Shown in pieces: positions 1 to 14,500 of a DNA stretch of 64,000 nt. Origin of the DNA: Tubiluchus corallicola (lineage: Eukaryota; Animalia; Priapulida); the NCBI GenBank assembly GCA_030141605.1, contig JAQGDQ010000133.1:372001-436000 (forward strand), given 5' to 3'. The position numbers and the translations under genes are program-made. Under the pieces are notes generated by a model. The model made no database searches. It was not told the origin of the DNA and saw only the letters and a list, made by a program, of their open reading frames with translations. The first letter of the stretch is position 1. The number at the start of each line of letters is the position of its first letter.

Positions 1-1432
1 GTTCTTCGGTTTTGTAGACATAAACTTTCTTTGTTGTAACGATTTTGTTGGTTACACCTTTTCGCCTGAGTTAACCAAAAATACAAGTTGCTTTTCGGCA
101 TTGAGGTTAGTCAAGACTACCACTGAAGAGGACAACGAGCTGCTCATATCTAAAAGGTCCTACTCTTACCAGTATCGAATTTTGCGTCTAAATCCCCAAA
201 ATATCTTGTGTGCAAATAACCTGTTGGTTCAAAACAGACAGTGGCAAACTTGCTTATTTGGCCACGATTACCTGTTTCCAAACGTTTTGTAGCAAAGCAT
301 CCTGTGTTCGAAATGTGTAGGTTTGTAGTGAAAATTGAAATATTTCCCATTACAATATAGATTCAATCCCTAAAGTGCTACCTGGCAATGTATACAAGAA
401 AAACAAATCTACTACTCTCTAGCATATTCAGTTTAAGTCATTTCGCCATCGTATTCAATAGCATTTTCATTATCTATGTGTAACTAGCCATCGGGCTCAG
501 GACTCTAATGGTCTACCAAAATTTAGGGCCCAATTTATGGTTAATGCGATGCTAGGCTAATGGTTAATCCGCCTGCTTTCGGAGTTTAATTTTGCATGCT
601 TCAGCAAGGACATAACGTTTGATCATAAATGCCATTCTCTATTTTCTCTTAATTTAACCACTAAGTAAGACAAAGAAATCCAGACGATCAATTGATTTGT
701 TCAGTCAGCATCAATAAATCAACAGCATTGATTGATCAAACTTCTGCTACATCTGTTATTCAGTCAGCCAGCCTGTACGTCAGCCAGTTGATCGGAGAGT
801 ACAGAAAACCCACCCAACTAGCATGTCATCTATTAAGTGGCTAGTCAGAGAGACAAGTGAACAAGCACACAGGCACTCAGACAGGCAGAGTCAGTAATTC
901 AAAACAGTCAAACCTGTCGATTAATAAGTCTATTAGTCAGGCAATCAGCTTCATTTTATTCAGTCACTTAATCAGTCAAACAGTGCAGATTAAAATAATT
1001 ATCATTTTGCAAGTAAAGTAATTATCATTTTGCGAACTAGTTTCACAGACTATAATAGGGCAAATCTTCTACGTTTTTTAAGCCTTATTGCCTTAGTTAG
1101 AGAAACCCTTAGTACGTAACTGCGCCAATTTAGTAAACGATTCTTGAAAATTTTCATTCATGAAAGATCAGTTTTCTGTTTTCAGAAGCAGAATGGCTTT
1201 TTAAAGGGTTTTCAGAGACTACATTTTTATCAGCCAAGTTGGATTTACCACGGTTTATTCTGCTTGCTTGTAACGCCTTGCAACGCCATTGAGTCTGGAT
1301 TTGAACCAAGGGCTTTTGAATTACCATCTTTCCTGAACAAATTTGATTTCCAGAAAATTGTTAGTAAACAATATTGAAATTAAGATTACATGTATAAATA
1401 ATTAACGCATGTTATTATTTGCAATAATTTAG

Positions 1433-1706
1433 GAAGCTTAACAGACGAGGAAGAGGTAAACTCTGCGTTTTCTTCAGAAGATCGGTCAGACGGTATTTCT
1501 TGGCATAAAGAAAATGCAGCGCCATCTAACAACAAAAACTACAGACTCGATTCTTCCTCTGGTGTCCAGTCAGAAATAGCAACAACTGAAGCAATTGAAA
1601 TGTCCGACATAGACAGGCAAGTATTAATGTAATGTTTCAGCCTAGCTACTTTCACAATAACTTTAATGAGAAAAATCATTAAAAATTAACAACGAATTCA
1701 TGACAG

Positions 1707-1749
<43 letters not shown>

Positions 1750-4700
1750 GGTGATTGTGATAGGGAGAACAACAACAACAACAATAATAATGCGTCTTTT
1801 AAGTCAGAGATAGCTTTGAGATCAGTAATTAAGACATAGTTCAAAATTTTATATTACTGCAGCCATTAAGTTTGTTTTATCACAACTTTTGCGGAAGATG
1901 CTCTCAGGACATTCAGCCATCGCTTCCTAAATGTCCGTAGTTTGGACAGTATCAATTTGCAACTTCTCTCTTTATAAGATAACTTGATATTCTTAGGTAC
2001 AGAAAGATTGTTCACAATGTTTTTCTCCCAGGCTTTTCAGAAAATTATTTCTTAAAAAATTATAATCAATTACAAATAGGACACACGTCAAAAGATATCT
2101 TCTATTACCAGCAATTTAGCTAAAATTCCAGTTTTTACATCTTTGAATATTTTTTCTGCTGAAGCTCGTACCCTCAAGTGCACTGCTCTCGTTTGGGGCG
2201 TGTTGTACAAGACGATGTCGACCTCTGTGAGCTACATAAAAGTTATTGCTGTACACCGCATGTTATTTCGATTAAATCACCTAGGTGACTAATTACCTAT
2301 AAAAATAATTAACTGTGCTTGTAGGAATTAGTAGAGTTTAAATGCAGCTATAAATTTCTACTCATTCAAGCAGTAAGCCTCCTTTGGCCTTTGCAGTTAT
2401 AAAGACACCGCATTCGTAACTGATAGCCGTGACTCGGGCAGGTAAAGTGGTTTCTTTGTATTACGTAAAGCAGACGTGTGTATTCAGTTTTTAATGAAGA
2501 TTTTTGACGTTTTCCAGAGTCAAGTTCAATGTATTGCCAACTATAGCATCATCAGAAACAAACATACAAAGCGCTACCTCAGACAATTTCAAAAAGAAAA
2601 ATGGGCAAAAGTATTTCAATAATGATGCACACGTCACAGGTCATTCCCAAGGACCTGTGACGTATCACAGCAAGAAAAAAGGAAAGTTTGCAGATTTAGA
2701 CAACTCCAGCCTACGGAGTGGCAGTCTTCAAGGTTGGTAATGTTATGGCAATAGTGGGTATTGGATGTAAATGATTTAAAATTTGAAAATACCAGGAAAT
2801 AATGATTTTTCTGGCCTTAGCCTTGCTGCCTAGGGCTTCCTGTAGCAATTGTACTGTCAAAGTCATCCACTCGGTCGGTTGCTAGGCTGGTCAGTTGATT
2901 GGCCAGTTGGTCGATCGTTGATCAATTATTCATTTGGTTGGTTAGTCCCTCAGTCAGTCCATAAACTAAACAATAAAAAGCGATTTTCACAAAAATAAAG
3001 GACTTTCTGGATTAACACCTTTGAAGGTTAGGATTAGATAGCAAATAATTACACATTCATACGTTCCATAAAATTAGAAAATGGCAACATCAATTTCACT
3101 ACAGAGAATTAGCAGTGCGTCAGAGTCTGAACTTCTGAGGTTCCGGATCAGCTTATTTTTTGCAGATTTTTATCCTTTTTAACTATCTGTATGGTATACT
3201 GGAAACAAAAAATTAGTATAGGTAAAATAATCAGGACTAGAATGAGAGGCTACCAAAGCTGGAGCTCGCAAGTGTGTATACGAAACTCTCACTTAATTCT
3301 GTAAACGACCGGATCCTGTTTAACTCGAGTAATTTTGCATTTAATGATAACTTTACATTAAATGGAAAAATATCTCAGAAACATTGTCATGAAATCTATG
3401 CAGTTACGGCGGAATATCGCAAATTGCAATTGGTCTTTTTACCGTTGTTGCTGTAAAAAATTTAGTTTTGTGGCACAGTTCTGGGCCATTTCATTGGTAA
3501 TTCAGTTTCTTATTTACTTAGTAAAACATTTTGGAACATGTATACTACTGTCGTCAAATACATTTCAAAATCAAACGGTGTAATTCACAACGTGCTATAG
3601 TTGCATAATTATAATTATGAAACATCCAAGAAGTAAGATATGCTAAATTCATTTAAATATAACATCGCTAATATTATTACTGATCACCAACAAATATTTA
3701 TAACAATTGCATTTATTGAGGAAGTGACAAAATCACGTACTTTCAATTCTTTCCTTTCATCTTAATGGATACAGGTGTTAAGACAGCCGTAGTTAACAAA
3801 TTTTGAATGACAGTTTGTAATTATATTCCTTAACAAAATAAATGGTTGGGTGAAATTGAAGCAAGTAGGTAGAAGGTATTTTAGATGCATTGCAGCTTTA
3901 ATTGTGCATTAAGGTGCATCTTGTTTACACGTGTATTTTGATGTACGGTAATGTTGCATGCTGCTGCATCTTGTTGTCATTATAAAGTAACTCTTTCGAG
4001 GTGTGTAAAAGAAGTACTGTTACCATAAACATTGTTTTTTTTTATATTTTCAGGTACATTTTCTGTTGTTTAATGTTTTCAGTGGTTGGTGTGCAACTGT
4101 GGTAACTTGTGGAGGCACTGGGGTATCTTCTTTACAGTTTCTATTAAGAAACTGGACCACTAAGTTATTAGACCCTTAAACATGTGTGAAACTGTTGTTA
4201 GAACACTCACTGAAAATCACAGTTGAACACTCAACTCACAGTTGAAAATCACTTAACAAAATCACGGCAAATGCTGCCTGCAAAGACCGTCTGCCTAAAG
4301 TGTTGCGGCTTTGGCGCACTCAAACATTTGCATGGTATAACCCTTCATGAATTACAGTCAAACTTCCCTAGCCTGTGCGCATCTCGTTATAAGGCCATAC
4401 CCACTTAACGCAATTTTTTTTGCAGTCACAGAGTAGGTGATATTAAGGAGGTTTGACTGTATTATAAATGGCTGTCAGCCAGCTTATGCTAAGAAAATAT
4501 TACAGGAAGGCAACCTCAGTCACCAACCTATGACAGCCTGACACTGGTTCTATACTGAACATTGCCTACAATTATAGGCCTAAGCATATGTACACACATG
4601 TGCAACCTAGCACAGTTTCACACTTTCTTTTATAGTTAGATTCAGTGCAGAACGCCATTTTAAAATAGCATTCCCATGCACGGCAGTTGAAATGCTATTT

Positions 4701-6362
4701 TTGAAGTGTAAATACAAACGTGCACACGATCATTTAGAACGTTTTTGTAATCACAATAAGAAGATGCCCCGATGTCACTAAAGACTTTTTCATCACTGCA
4801 GACTGCCGTCACGCACAGTGAGACGACTTTTTTAAACACGTCTGCAACATAGCAGAGCAGCACTTTTAGCCAGACAAATCTTTAACTGATCCTTTTTTGT
4901 TTTTAATAAACTTCTTTTTAAATTTGCACAATACTCACTACATTGACAGGTTTGGCTAAAAGTGCTGCCAGGTGGCAGCCTACTCATCTGACGTCACGAT
5001 GTTTTTGCATGATTGTTTTGTTGAAAGCATGTATACACATTGCTAATTATCTATTGCAGAACAGTGTGGTTCAGATCCTACACTTGCACTTCTAGAACAC
5101 ACAAAACATTGGTAGGTGGGACACAACCATTCTGCACATATTAATTTCTCCATCTCAAGGGACAGTGTAAATTATAATTATTTGTTAATAATTATACTTA
5201 GCTTGTTCACAAACAGCAACGGATTTTTGATGATGGAATAAAAGATTTTTTTAGATCATTTGTCACTCTCTGTGAATGCAAAAAAACGTGACTTAAAAAG
5301 CATGAATATCGTGAGCATCTTGAGCATTTTGTTAGGGTGATTTAGGTCCAGTAGCACATCCTACCGCTTTGTTGCAAATTAACGAACTTGTTTAGTTTAG
5401 ACAGTAAAAACTTGAAAATTAGCGAGTAGAACTAAGCTTCTATAGGAACTGACGTTCAAATTTTGTGTTCTTGATGTATGTTTGAATGCCATATTACTGT
5501 TCCAGTTTCATAATTTTAAAACTAACTTAAACTGGCTATGCTACTTATAAATGTCGTACAATGTCTTCCTCATAAGCTTGCGCAGACCGTTAGTCCAGTG
5601 ATACACAAATTGAAGTTTTTGCTTTGGAGTAATTCCATTTAATAGACAGACAAAAATTTCTTGTCTGATTAGGTTCTATTGTAATTTTTAGACTCGCAGG
5701 CATCAGCAGTCAAATCTCCAGCCAAAGCTGGTTTGGACAGCATTAGTAGTGATAGTTCAACAGTGATACATTCTTCCCCCTTTTGCTCAGAAGCGTCCTA
5801 TACAACCGTCACCAATGCTGGAGATGTTTTACCGAAAAGTAAGCTAGTTACCACTCCACAGACTGATTCTCCCACAGACCAAGAAATAAGTCGAACTAAT
5901 GGAGTGTTACATAACAGTGTTATTGTAGATAATATTAATGATAATAAAGACTTGCTGATATCACCGATTGAAACTTTAACAGCAGAACAAGCTGAGGAAG
6001 ATGAAGAACTTAATCCGTCCCCAGAAGAACAATGCTTGATCAGCAAAAAAAGAATCCCATCAGAGTCACCTGAACGTCTTCTTGGCTGCCGTGACAGGAA
6101 TCATCAAAGTCCGAGAAGTCCTCGGGCAAGAGGAAGAAGTAGAGACAGGAGAAAGTCGTCCAGTGCAGCTCGAGAGATGGAGAGCCTTCTGAGGAGCAGG
6201 GGAAGATCTTCTAGTACGTCAGCTACAACTGAACACGATAGACTTGATGAAATAGAGAAGCAAATAAGCAATAGTATTAGTACACCAAACACTAGCCTTG
6301 ATAGAATTAGCAGTGCGCGAAAACGCTCCAAAGTAAAATGTGACATTGTGGAATACATATAA
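1433..6362 (+). CDS. 3' part (last three coding exons) of a gene starting upstream of the window; Ser/Arg/acidic-rich disordered C-terminal tail ending KVKCDIVEYI; possibly a GABA-B receptor subunit 2-like class C GPCR tail
   Basis: Exons 1433-1616 (ag|...ag|gcaagt), 2518-2732 (ag|...g|gttggt) and 5692-6362 (ag|...TAA) join in frame with matching phases (2, then 1), and include ORFs 2504..2740 and 5733..6362. The family guess rests only on my recollection that invertebrate GABA-B R2 proteins end in -KCDIVEYL; not verified. Confidence 0.7.
1708..1790. repeat. (GAT)n and (AAC)n microsatellites
   Basis: Direct reading. Confidence 0.9.
4857..4968. repeat. Short inverted repeat / small MITE-like element
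   Basis: gcagcacttttagcca ... tggctaaaagtgctgc, a 16-bp perfect inverted pair. Confidence 0.5.
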
Positions 6363-8521
6363 GTGCTTGCATTCATTATGCACCTATTTTGGAACAATAA
6401 AAACAGAGCTTTGTGTAAATTATAACAATTAAGTAGGTTCCTATTTATTCAATTTTAAAATAAAACGATCTTTATGACTGAATATGCTCCGTTTCATATT
6501 CAGTTCCACAGCGGGCATATAAATAAGTGTCTTTGCAAAGCAAAGGCCAGTTTTTTAACAAAATTGTACGTAGTACGTGACTTTACAAAGTGAGTACAAT
6601 AGACATAGGTTTAATTTGTCAATTCTTTTTGATGATGAACTTGCCCCAACGTTTATTAGTTAGAATAGAGATGTTTTTCACAAAACTTGAATGACGTTGG
6701 ATTAGCTTTTGGTGTTTCATAACCACGAGAATGGGTTTCTTACTGTAAATAAAACATTCCAAAGTCTTTATAGACTCTAAATTGTTGTCGTTGAATGTAG
6801 TATGTGGAGTAACACATTGTATAGTTGTGAGGTTTGACGTACGTATTGCATAATTATGATAGTTTGAGGTGAGATAGTTTTTTTGTGTTATATTGTACGT
6901 TAATTCATAAGAGATATTAAAAGTTTGTTATGAACTACAAAAGCTTTGTATTTTCTGTTTTTTCCTGCGAAGAAGCTGTATAGTCAATGGATGACACATA
7001 CGTGTAATATTAACTTTTATTTTCATATAAGCTTCTAATCAGACTTTCCCAAGATGACGCCTGCTGCATACGTTATATCTAACAGACACCTTTATATGTA
7101 TAATTTTTCTATATTCCATTACAAGTATATCAGTACTGTCAGTTAAATTAAATATTGAGCTATCACAGAAAAACATAATATAAAAATAAAAGTTTTATAA
7201 CTTACGCTTATAAATAGCAGTCCTGAAAAGCATTAACGTGAGTTAGCAGATGCAATAAAGTCACATTTGCAACATAGGCCCGATAGCATCTAGTGATTAA
7301 TTTAAATCATTGGTGATAATGTATCCTAAGTGATTAACACTTTCGTCGTGCCATTTTAATATTCTTACGAGATAGCCTGCGTCAGTACGCTTGCTTTCCT
7401 GAATAGAATGATTTTGGTCTTTTCAGTATTGAACAATGTTTCATTTTTCGTGGCAACTCTCAGCATATTTTGCTGAACATTTTAAACGCATTTACAGACG
7501 GAGAGAAAGCAGAGTTACGTCATCCTCATAACAAAGCTGACGAATTGGTTTAACTCGTCAAATTGGATAAACCTAATTTGTTATTTTTTAGTTTGAGTAA
7601 TAGGTGGTTAACGTGAACAAAATTCACGCAAGCACGCTGCCTTTTCTTATAAAGTTAGTTGCTGTAAATTCAAAAAATAAAAATTCATTAAACATGGCGC
7701 ATGTTTTCTGGTTAACAAGTATTTAGCATTTGCGCAAGCGCAGCGTTAGGTAGTTTATGTTACGTTTCCAACTTTGACTGGATTTGCCAACTATGAAACT
7801 TTAACTTTCACTATTAAAGCTTAAAAACCATGAAACATTATTTAGTTTTGTTAACTTGTAACGGGTAAAGTTTCAGTAGAAAACAACATTAAAAAATCAC
7901 GCTAGATCGTTTTGATTTCAATAGACATTACATAATTTTTCGTCAGCGTTGTCTCATTGACGCTGCATAAGGCCTGAAAAAATGACCGTTAAGAACATGT
8001 TAGTACAACTAAACTACCTATATCTCCTCCTGCACCAGGTAGAACAACAGGTAGAACAGCGCTGGGCAACCAATCGATTTGAACCTTGCCTTAATTGAAC
8101 TGTCTAAGCCTATCTTTTTATACACACAAAAGGGAAATAAGTTGACTTTCCGTCATCAGATGTCGCCACGATAGTACAAAACATCCAGGCTACCGGGGGA
8201 TGCAAAAACAGCTGACTGTGTAAACATGGCTAAGCCTGAGCGAGGATCAACCATTTTAGAGATTCTATATTGCTGTGAAGTGAGTGTAATAATTCAACCA
8301 GTGAACGGAGAGACGACAATTCGTAGCTTTTGCGGCAAACCGCCAAAGGCTAGTGACTTGAAACATTGCAGCTAACAGATGTACTTTGTAACTAGATTAG
8401 GAGTAACACTAATATAGTAATGTGCCCTTTGACCGACACTTATAGTTAAGAAAACCAAAGAGCACGATAAGACTAGTATAAAACTGTATAATCCGCGAAG
8501 TCAACCAAGAAATACTGCATC

Positions 8522-11500
8522 ATGGCATTATACGAGGTTTATGAGTACATTGTTGTTGGTGGCGGGATTATTGGTTTGGGAGCAGCGTATCAATTGTCCT
8601 TGATGGGCAAGCGAGCGCTTTTGATAGAACAGGTATGTATGATGTTTTGAATTTGTAGTTTACGTTTATTTTGTTTTTGGAAAAACAATAAAAACAAAAC
8701 AAAAACAAGAATAGTGTAATATATGAGAATTATGCAATTAGATGATTTAATCAAATTGAATATTGCAGTATTCATGTATAAATGCAATTATAGACTATTT
8801 CCTAAGTTTTTTGCAATTCCTGTCAAATTGACATCTAAGAGACATAATACAAGATTTAATCAATACATTGTGCCTTTCTGTAGAACTAACATAGCTAAAC
8901 ATTTTATAATATATCAAGGACCAAAAGTCTGGAATGAGATTTGTCAATCTGCAAAAAATAGCAGATCTATTACTAGATTTAAAATAATGCTAAAAAAATC
9001 AAATTTTAAGTAAGTATCAGTGAGCAATTAAAATTTCTATCTGTATCCATCCTCACAGTAGTTGCAAAACAGTGGTGTTAACTTAATCAAGTTATTTTAA
9101 TTTTACATACTATTAAAAAATAATAGTCTTTCTATCTTTTATATCATTCCATATATGAGTTTCATTCATTACATCATTCCATTTTAAGCACTAACGTTTT
9201 TTTTTATCACGATTCACTTTAAATTTTCAGATTATCTCCATTACTTTTTTTTTTCTCTATCACTGTGTGGGACAATCTAACAAGCCCTGCTTTTTGATTG
9301 CCCACAACACATTTACATTCGTGTATAAGTAAATAGTGCTTGAGGCTTTTCTGTGCAGTATTTTTTATTTGTATTATATCTATTGTAGGCCCTTTCACTG
9401 ATATTGTATATGTAACCTGTAAATGTGTATGGTCAAATAAATGACTATGACTATGACTATGACTATGAACAACGAAGCTTCAGTGTCAAACCCGCGGCGC
9501 AGATAAGTCATTGAAATTGGAATGTTATGTGTCACACAACAGAGATCTTGCATTTTTATTTTATAAGTTGAACATGACTTCGGACAAGTTATTGTGTGAC
9601 ATGCTGTGCCATTCTGTGTCCGTTTCCATTTTTTGAGGTAATGTAAGTAATCATCAAAATAAGACTCCAGATAGCAAATTCACCATTATGCTGTGATGCG
9701 TAATTTTTTGTTATTTACGTATATTTCTCATTTTGATCTTTTAGTGATTTTTGACCTTCATTATGACATGAGTCACTACAGTCTCTAGGTGTTCATTTGA
9801 TGTTTTAGTTACATGTTTGACACATTAACCCAAAGACAAGTTTTTCATCAAATTAGCAACTTTGCATCTTAACCAGTTTTTCTGCTAAAATAATATGCTT
9901 TCATGAAGAGCTCGTTGACAAAAATAATAAAAGTAAATATTATTAGTCTATCTATTTTTACTATCATTCTGTGTTTCAGTACCCGCTCCCCCACAATAGA
10001 GGCAGCTCTAGCGGAGCAACCCGTGTAACAAGAAAAGCATACAAGGAGAAATTTATTGGTGCAATGATGAATGAGTGTTATGAGTGGTGGGAGAAGATAG
10101 AAAAAGAAACAAACACGAAGTTATATCAGTGAGTAAACATGGTGACAAACAATTTTTTCAAACTTTTTCCTATTACTTGCTATATTTAAAGTACAAAATT
10201 GTTGCAATTACAGTATCCTTACTTTGAAAACAAGTAGTGATTTATTTGGAAGTGCGTGGAATTTAATAAGTTAATTTTTCATCAATAATTGAGTTTTAGG
10301 CATATTTTGACCAATGTTGGTCAATATACCAAGAGTCTAAGATGAAGTAAACAAATTGATAACACGTGAAAATGATGGTTAACTTATATTAAATAATTTG
10401 TACATGCTACTGAATGATGTTGTGATGCTTCACTTTTGCTGACACCAGGTCGTAAAATCTCGTCTGACTGCATGGCTTATCTTTTCTTTACATTTTCAGG
10501 AAAACCGGCATGCTCTGTGTTGGTGATCATGCACAAAGTGTAATCGAAACAAGAGACACATTAAAATCACTAGGAATGCCGTATGAATACTATACATCTG
10601 CGATAGAGGTGAAAAATGAGGCTAAATCTGACATTTGTTTCTAAAATTATTAAATTTGTATATTTACAAAGTCAACTGTATTCTGGCAGGTAAAATGTTT
10701 AATAATTTTTTTTTTATTTTCCAGATTTGTAGAAAGTTTCCAATGATATCATTACCATCTAATTACACAGGTGTGTACGATCCTGATGCTGGAACATTAC
10801 GGGCCGACAAATGCTTACTCTGCCTACAGGTAAGAATTGCAGGTGTATACATTCTGGACACTGACACGTTGCGCAGCGAAAAAAGTTAATTGTTAACAGG
10901 CAATAATGCACCGAGATCAGGGTCAGTGGCACATCAGTAATGCTTCAACAGCATGCATTTGCAGTTTTGTGAAACCAAAATTATAAGAGGCACCAGCTTG
11001 TAATGGATTCTCTTTTTTGTCAACACATGTTGCCGTGTTATACATGAGCTAATAGAAGCTACTTTTCTCTTAGTTTCTTGTTTTAATGCTTTACTTCGTC
11101 AAGCTAAAGACTGCTTAAAATGTGTAGATAGAATTTGCATATCATATTTTTTAATGTAAAGTAAATACCTTTATTTGTTTTACAGCCCAAAAAATCTGTT
11201 GTCTTTCAGCAAAATGGTAGAATCATAACAGCAATTCATTTTATATTTTCCAGACTTTGTTTCTAAAATGTGGCGGCACTATTCATGACAGTGAGAGGGT
11301 AGAAAACATAACATGGCAATCGGGTGATGTGGTAATTGTAGCAACAACAAAATGCAAGTACAAAGCCCGGGGTGTGATCATATGTGTCGGTCCATGGTCG
11401 CCAAAATTTTTGAAACAATGTGGAATACCAAATGCAACGAAGGTGCGGTAACCCACGTATGAACCATGGGCTACAATATTTAATGTATTTCGCTAAATTC

Positions 11501-14500
11501 CTGATTTTTTGTGTAGCAATATAGCGATACTGTGTTTCAGTACTTGGAAAGTGGACCATTTTCCTGTTCAACCAGTTTGTCTGCTTTTCTAAAGTATTCG
11601 TTTTTGTTTTTTGAAAAAAAATCGATAATGTAAATTCCAACATTATTTGGTTTGTAGTTAAACCGGTTTTTTAACTGTATTTTATCTGATTTATATAATG
11701 TAGTAGGTTATCAGTCATAGTTACTTTGCTGCTGTTGCAATGTTATTACTGTCTGCATTTGGCAGCACTGCTGAATGTAGTTACTGTGAGAAGTTTTTCT
11801 TGCGATACAACTCTGAGAGCAGATCTTAATTTTTTTTAGTTTCATTGGAGTGAATTATAATTCTGACATTTATTGTGAATAGTGAACTGAGGATTTTTCT
11901 TCTTTAGTTCCTCAGTTTAAATTACAGTCTTGAAACTATTAATTTTGGCATTTGGGTGGACCACTAATTTCCTTAAATTTAAGATCACCTTATTCTTATA
12001 AATAGTATCTATGAACAAATAGTATAAATAGTGTTTGTAATATATATTTTTATAGCTGCAAATTGCGTATATACCAGCTTAATTTTGTGATCACAAAAAT
12101 AATTAGTCTGCAAAATATTCTTTCAACTTCATTTAAATTGATCATTACAACCATAAATAGTTTTTAAAACAGTCTGAATGGCAATGGACAGATGCAGAAA
12201 CACAAGCATTTAAAAACAACAAACCAGTATATCTGTGTTGATTCATTTCATTTTATTCCAGGCCACTAGAGTTAATGTTTCTTACTGGAAGGAGAAAATT
12301 CCGGGTACTTACAGTTATACCAAATTTCCTGTCTACTGTGACTTTAAACTACCAGATTTTGATTGCTACTTGTGCAGCTTGCCGGTGGATGAATATCCAG
12401 GTTATATGAAGGTAAAAATCGAAAAGTTAACTGAATGGAGAGTGCCATGGAGGGAACAACTGACACAAACTAGTCTTGAAAGATGATCATATAACTGCCA
12501 AGTTCATGTTGCAAATTGAAATTTCACTCATCAAGCCAATGAAGATAGTTGCAAATGAAATGATGATGATGATACCATTTGTACCTTATAATTTTGTCTT
12601 TTGAGGGACAACATTTATTTTCCTCATTCTTGTTTTTGTGACACTGACACGGCACTAATTGAGGAACACTCATTTAAGCTGGTGAAAAGCCACTGAAGTA
12701 TTAAGATATTCTGCAAAAATGACAACAAAGGATGCTTTTTACGAGTTACAAAAATGTTCAACCACAAAATTGCCGAACATTAAGCTTTCTTCATGTTTCA
12801 ATGTATTGTTTTTATTTGGCTCAACAATATGAATAGATGTTCAATTTTGCAAAGTGAAGGCATTTAGTGCAGTTAGACATTTTTCTTACAAATCGTTTAC
12901 TTTTATCGTGTCCACATGATGTAGCAGTGTTATAACTTGAGAATCATTAATTATCTTTTTATACATTTATACAGTTTATAAAGCATGCTGGTGCTGCTGT
13001 GAACCCAGATGAACGAGACAAGAACACATCTGAACAAACAGAACAAGAAATTAGGGTTATGAGGCAATATATTAGGCAATATTTTCCTGGAGTCGAACCG
13101 GATGCCCCGTGTCTTATGGAAACATGCATGTACACTGTAAATATACTCTTTCGTTTATGCTATTTAATCTTACATTGTAGGAAGCTGTCTTCTTTAATAA
13201 AAAAAATAAAAAAAGCATCAAAGTTTAATAGAATAACAATGCATATACATACTTTATGCATTAAAAGATTTAGCTGTAAGTTTTACGTTTTATTTTTGCT
13301 AAACTTTTTAAAAAATGTCTTTAAAATTGTTCCATAATAAAGGAAAGGATTTTTTTCCCAAATTTACTGTTTTAAATTACAAAGAAACTCAGCTTTTGCT
13401 ATTTCTTTACCTACATAGCCTAGAAAAATTGTTTTGTGTGCTTTCCTTCCATTTTGTTCACTTTCTATAACCTCTGTAAGTCTCTGTAATTTCAATAACT
13501 GTATTAATCTCAAATTTATCTTATTATTAAAACAAAACTTCAGTTCAAGAAGGAATATCTTTCATTTTTCTTGCTCTATACACTCACCAAGACAAGTTCT
13601 ACCGTAAGTTAAAATCTAGAAAATTTAAGTCAGCTCTACTTTCTAAATTATGTAAATAAAGAAATAGCAAAAATATGAGATTCTTTTTCATTTAAAACAA
13701 TTATATTGGAAAAAATCCTTTTCTCTGCTATAGAAATACAAGTTTAAATATCACATTTTTGAAAAGTTCAGCAAGAATAAAACATAAAACTTACAATAAT
13801 TTTTTTGTGCACAAAATATATATGTATTCATTGTTACTCTGTTAAATTTTGATGACTTCTTGACTTGTTATTTTTGTTTTATTAAAGAATTTGAAAGTAA
13901 TGTTTTTTTCTGGATGACGCTGTATTTGTGATTGAATCTGTTCTCCGTGAATCAACATTTACTTTTTCTCATAATAAATAAGGTAAATATTTTATTGAGA
14001 AAATAAACAAACTTGTTTATGTTTAGCAAACACCAGATGAGGTAAAAATCCTGGACACTCATCCACTACACAAAAACATTGTTTATGGTGCCGGATTTTC
14101 AGGTAAGTTAGGAGACGTATTCACCCCGTAATGTTAAAAAGTGTTCTTTCTGAGAAAATACCTATGTTTACAATTGTAAGTTATAGTGGGTTGCCACAGG
14201 TGTTTGTTAGCCTTGTTGCAACAACTAGGTGTGGTGCAAATAACTTAGTGGAACATTCAAGTTTTTCATTTCTTTTAGTTTTCATTTGTTAAATTTTTTA
14301 ATTCTCTACCTCTACCTCTCTTGCCTTTTAGCTATAAAAATTGAGTCTGCTGAATATTTATATGTACCCTGTTTATTTAGTAGTCAATTCTAAGTGTTGA
14401 CAGATTAAGCAAATGCATAGTCTTTTCAGGCGTTTTTTTTGTTTTATTTGTTTTTTAATTGATATTTCACGATGGCAGGGGTGCTCCATTATCGAAGCCA

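Noticed and set aside
5798-6397. Minus-strand ORFs
   Set aside because: Antisense shadows of the + strand terminal exon.
8222-8255. Minus-strand tggttgatcct...agccatg resembling the 18S rRNA 5' end
   Set aside because: Only two short words match, with wrong spacing and no further rRNA similarity.
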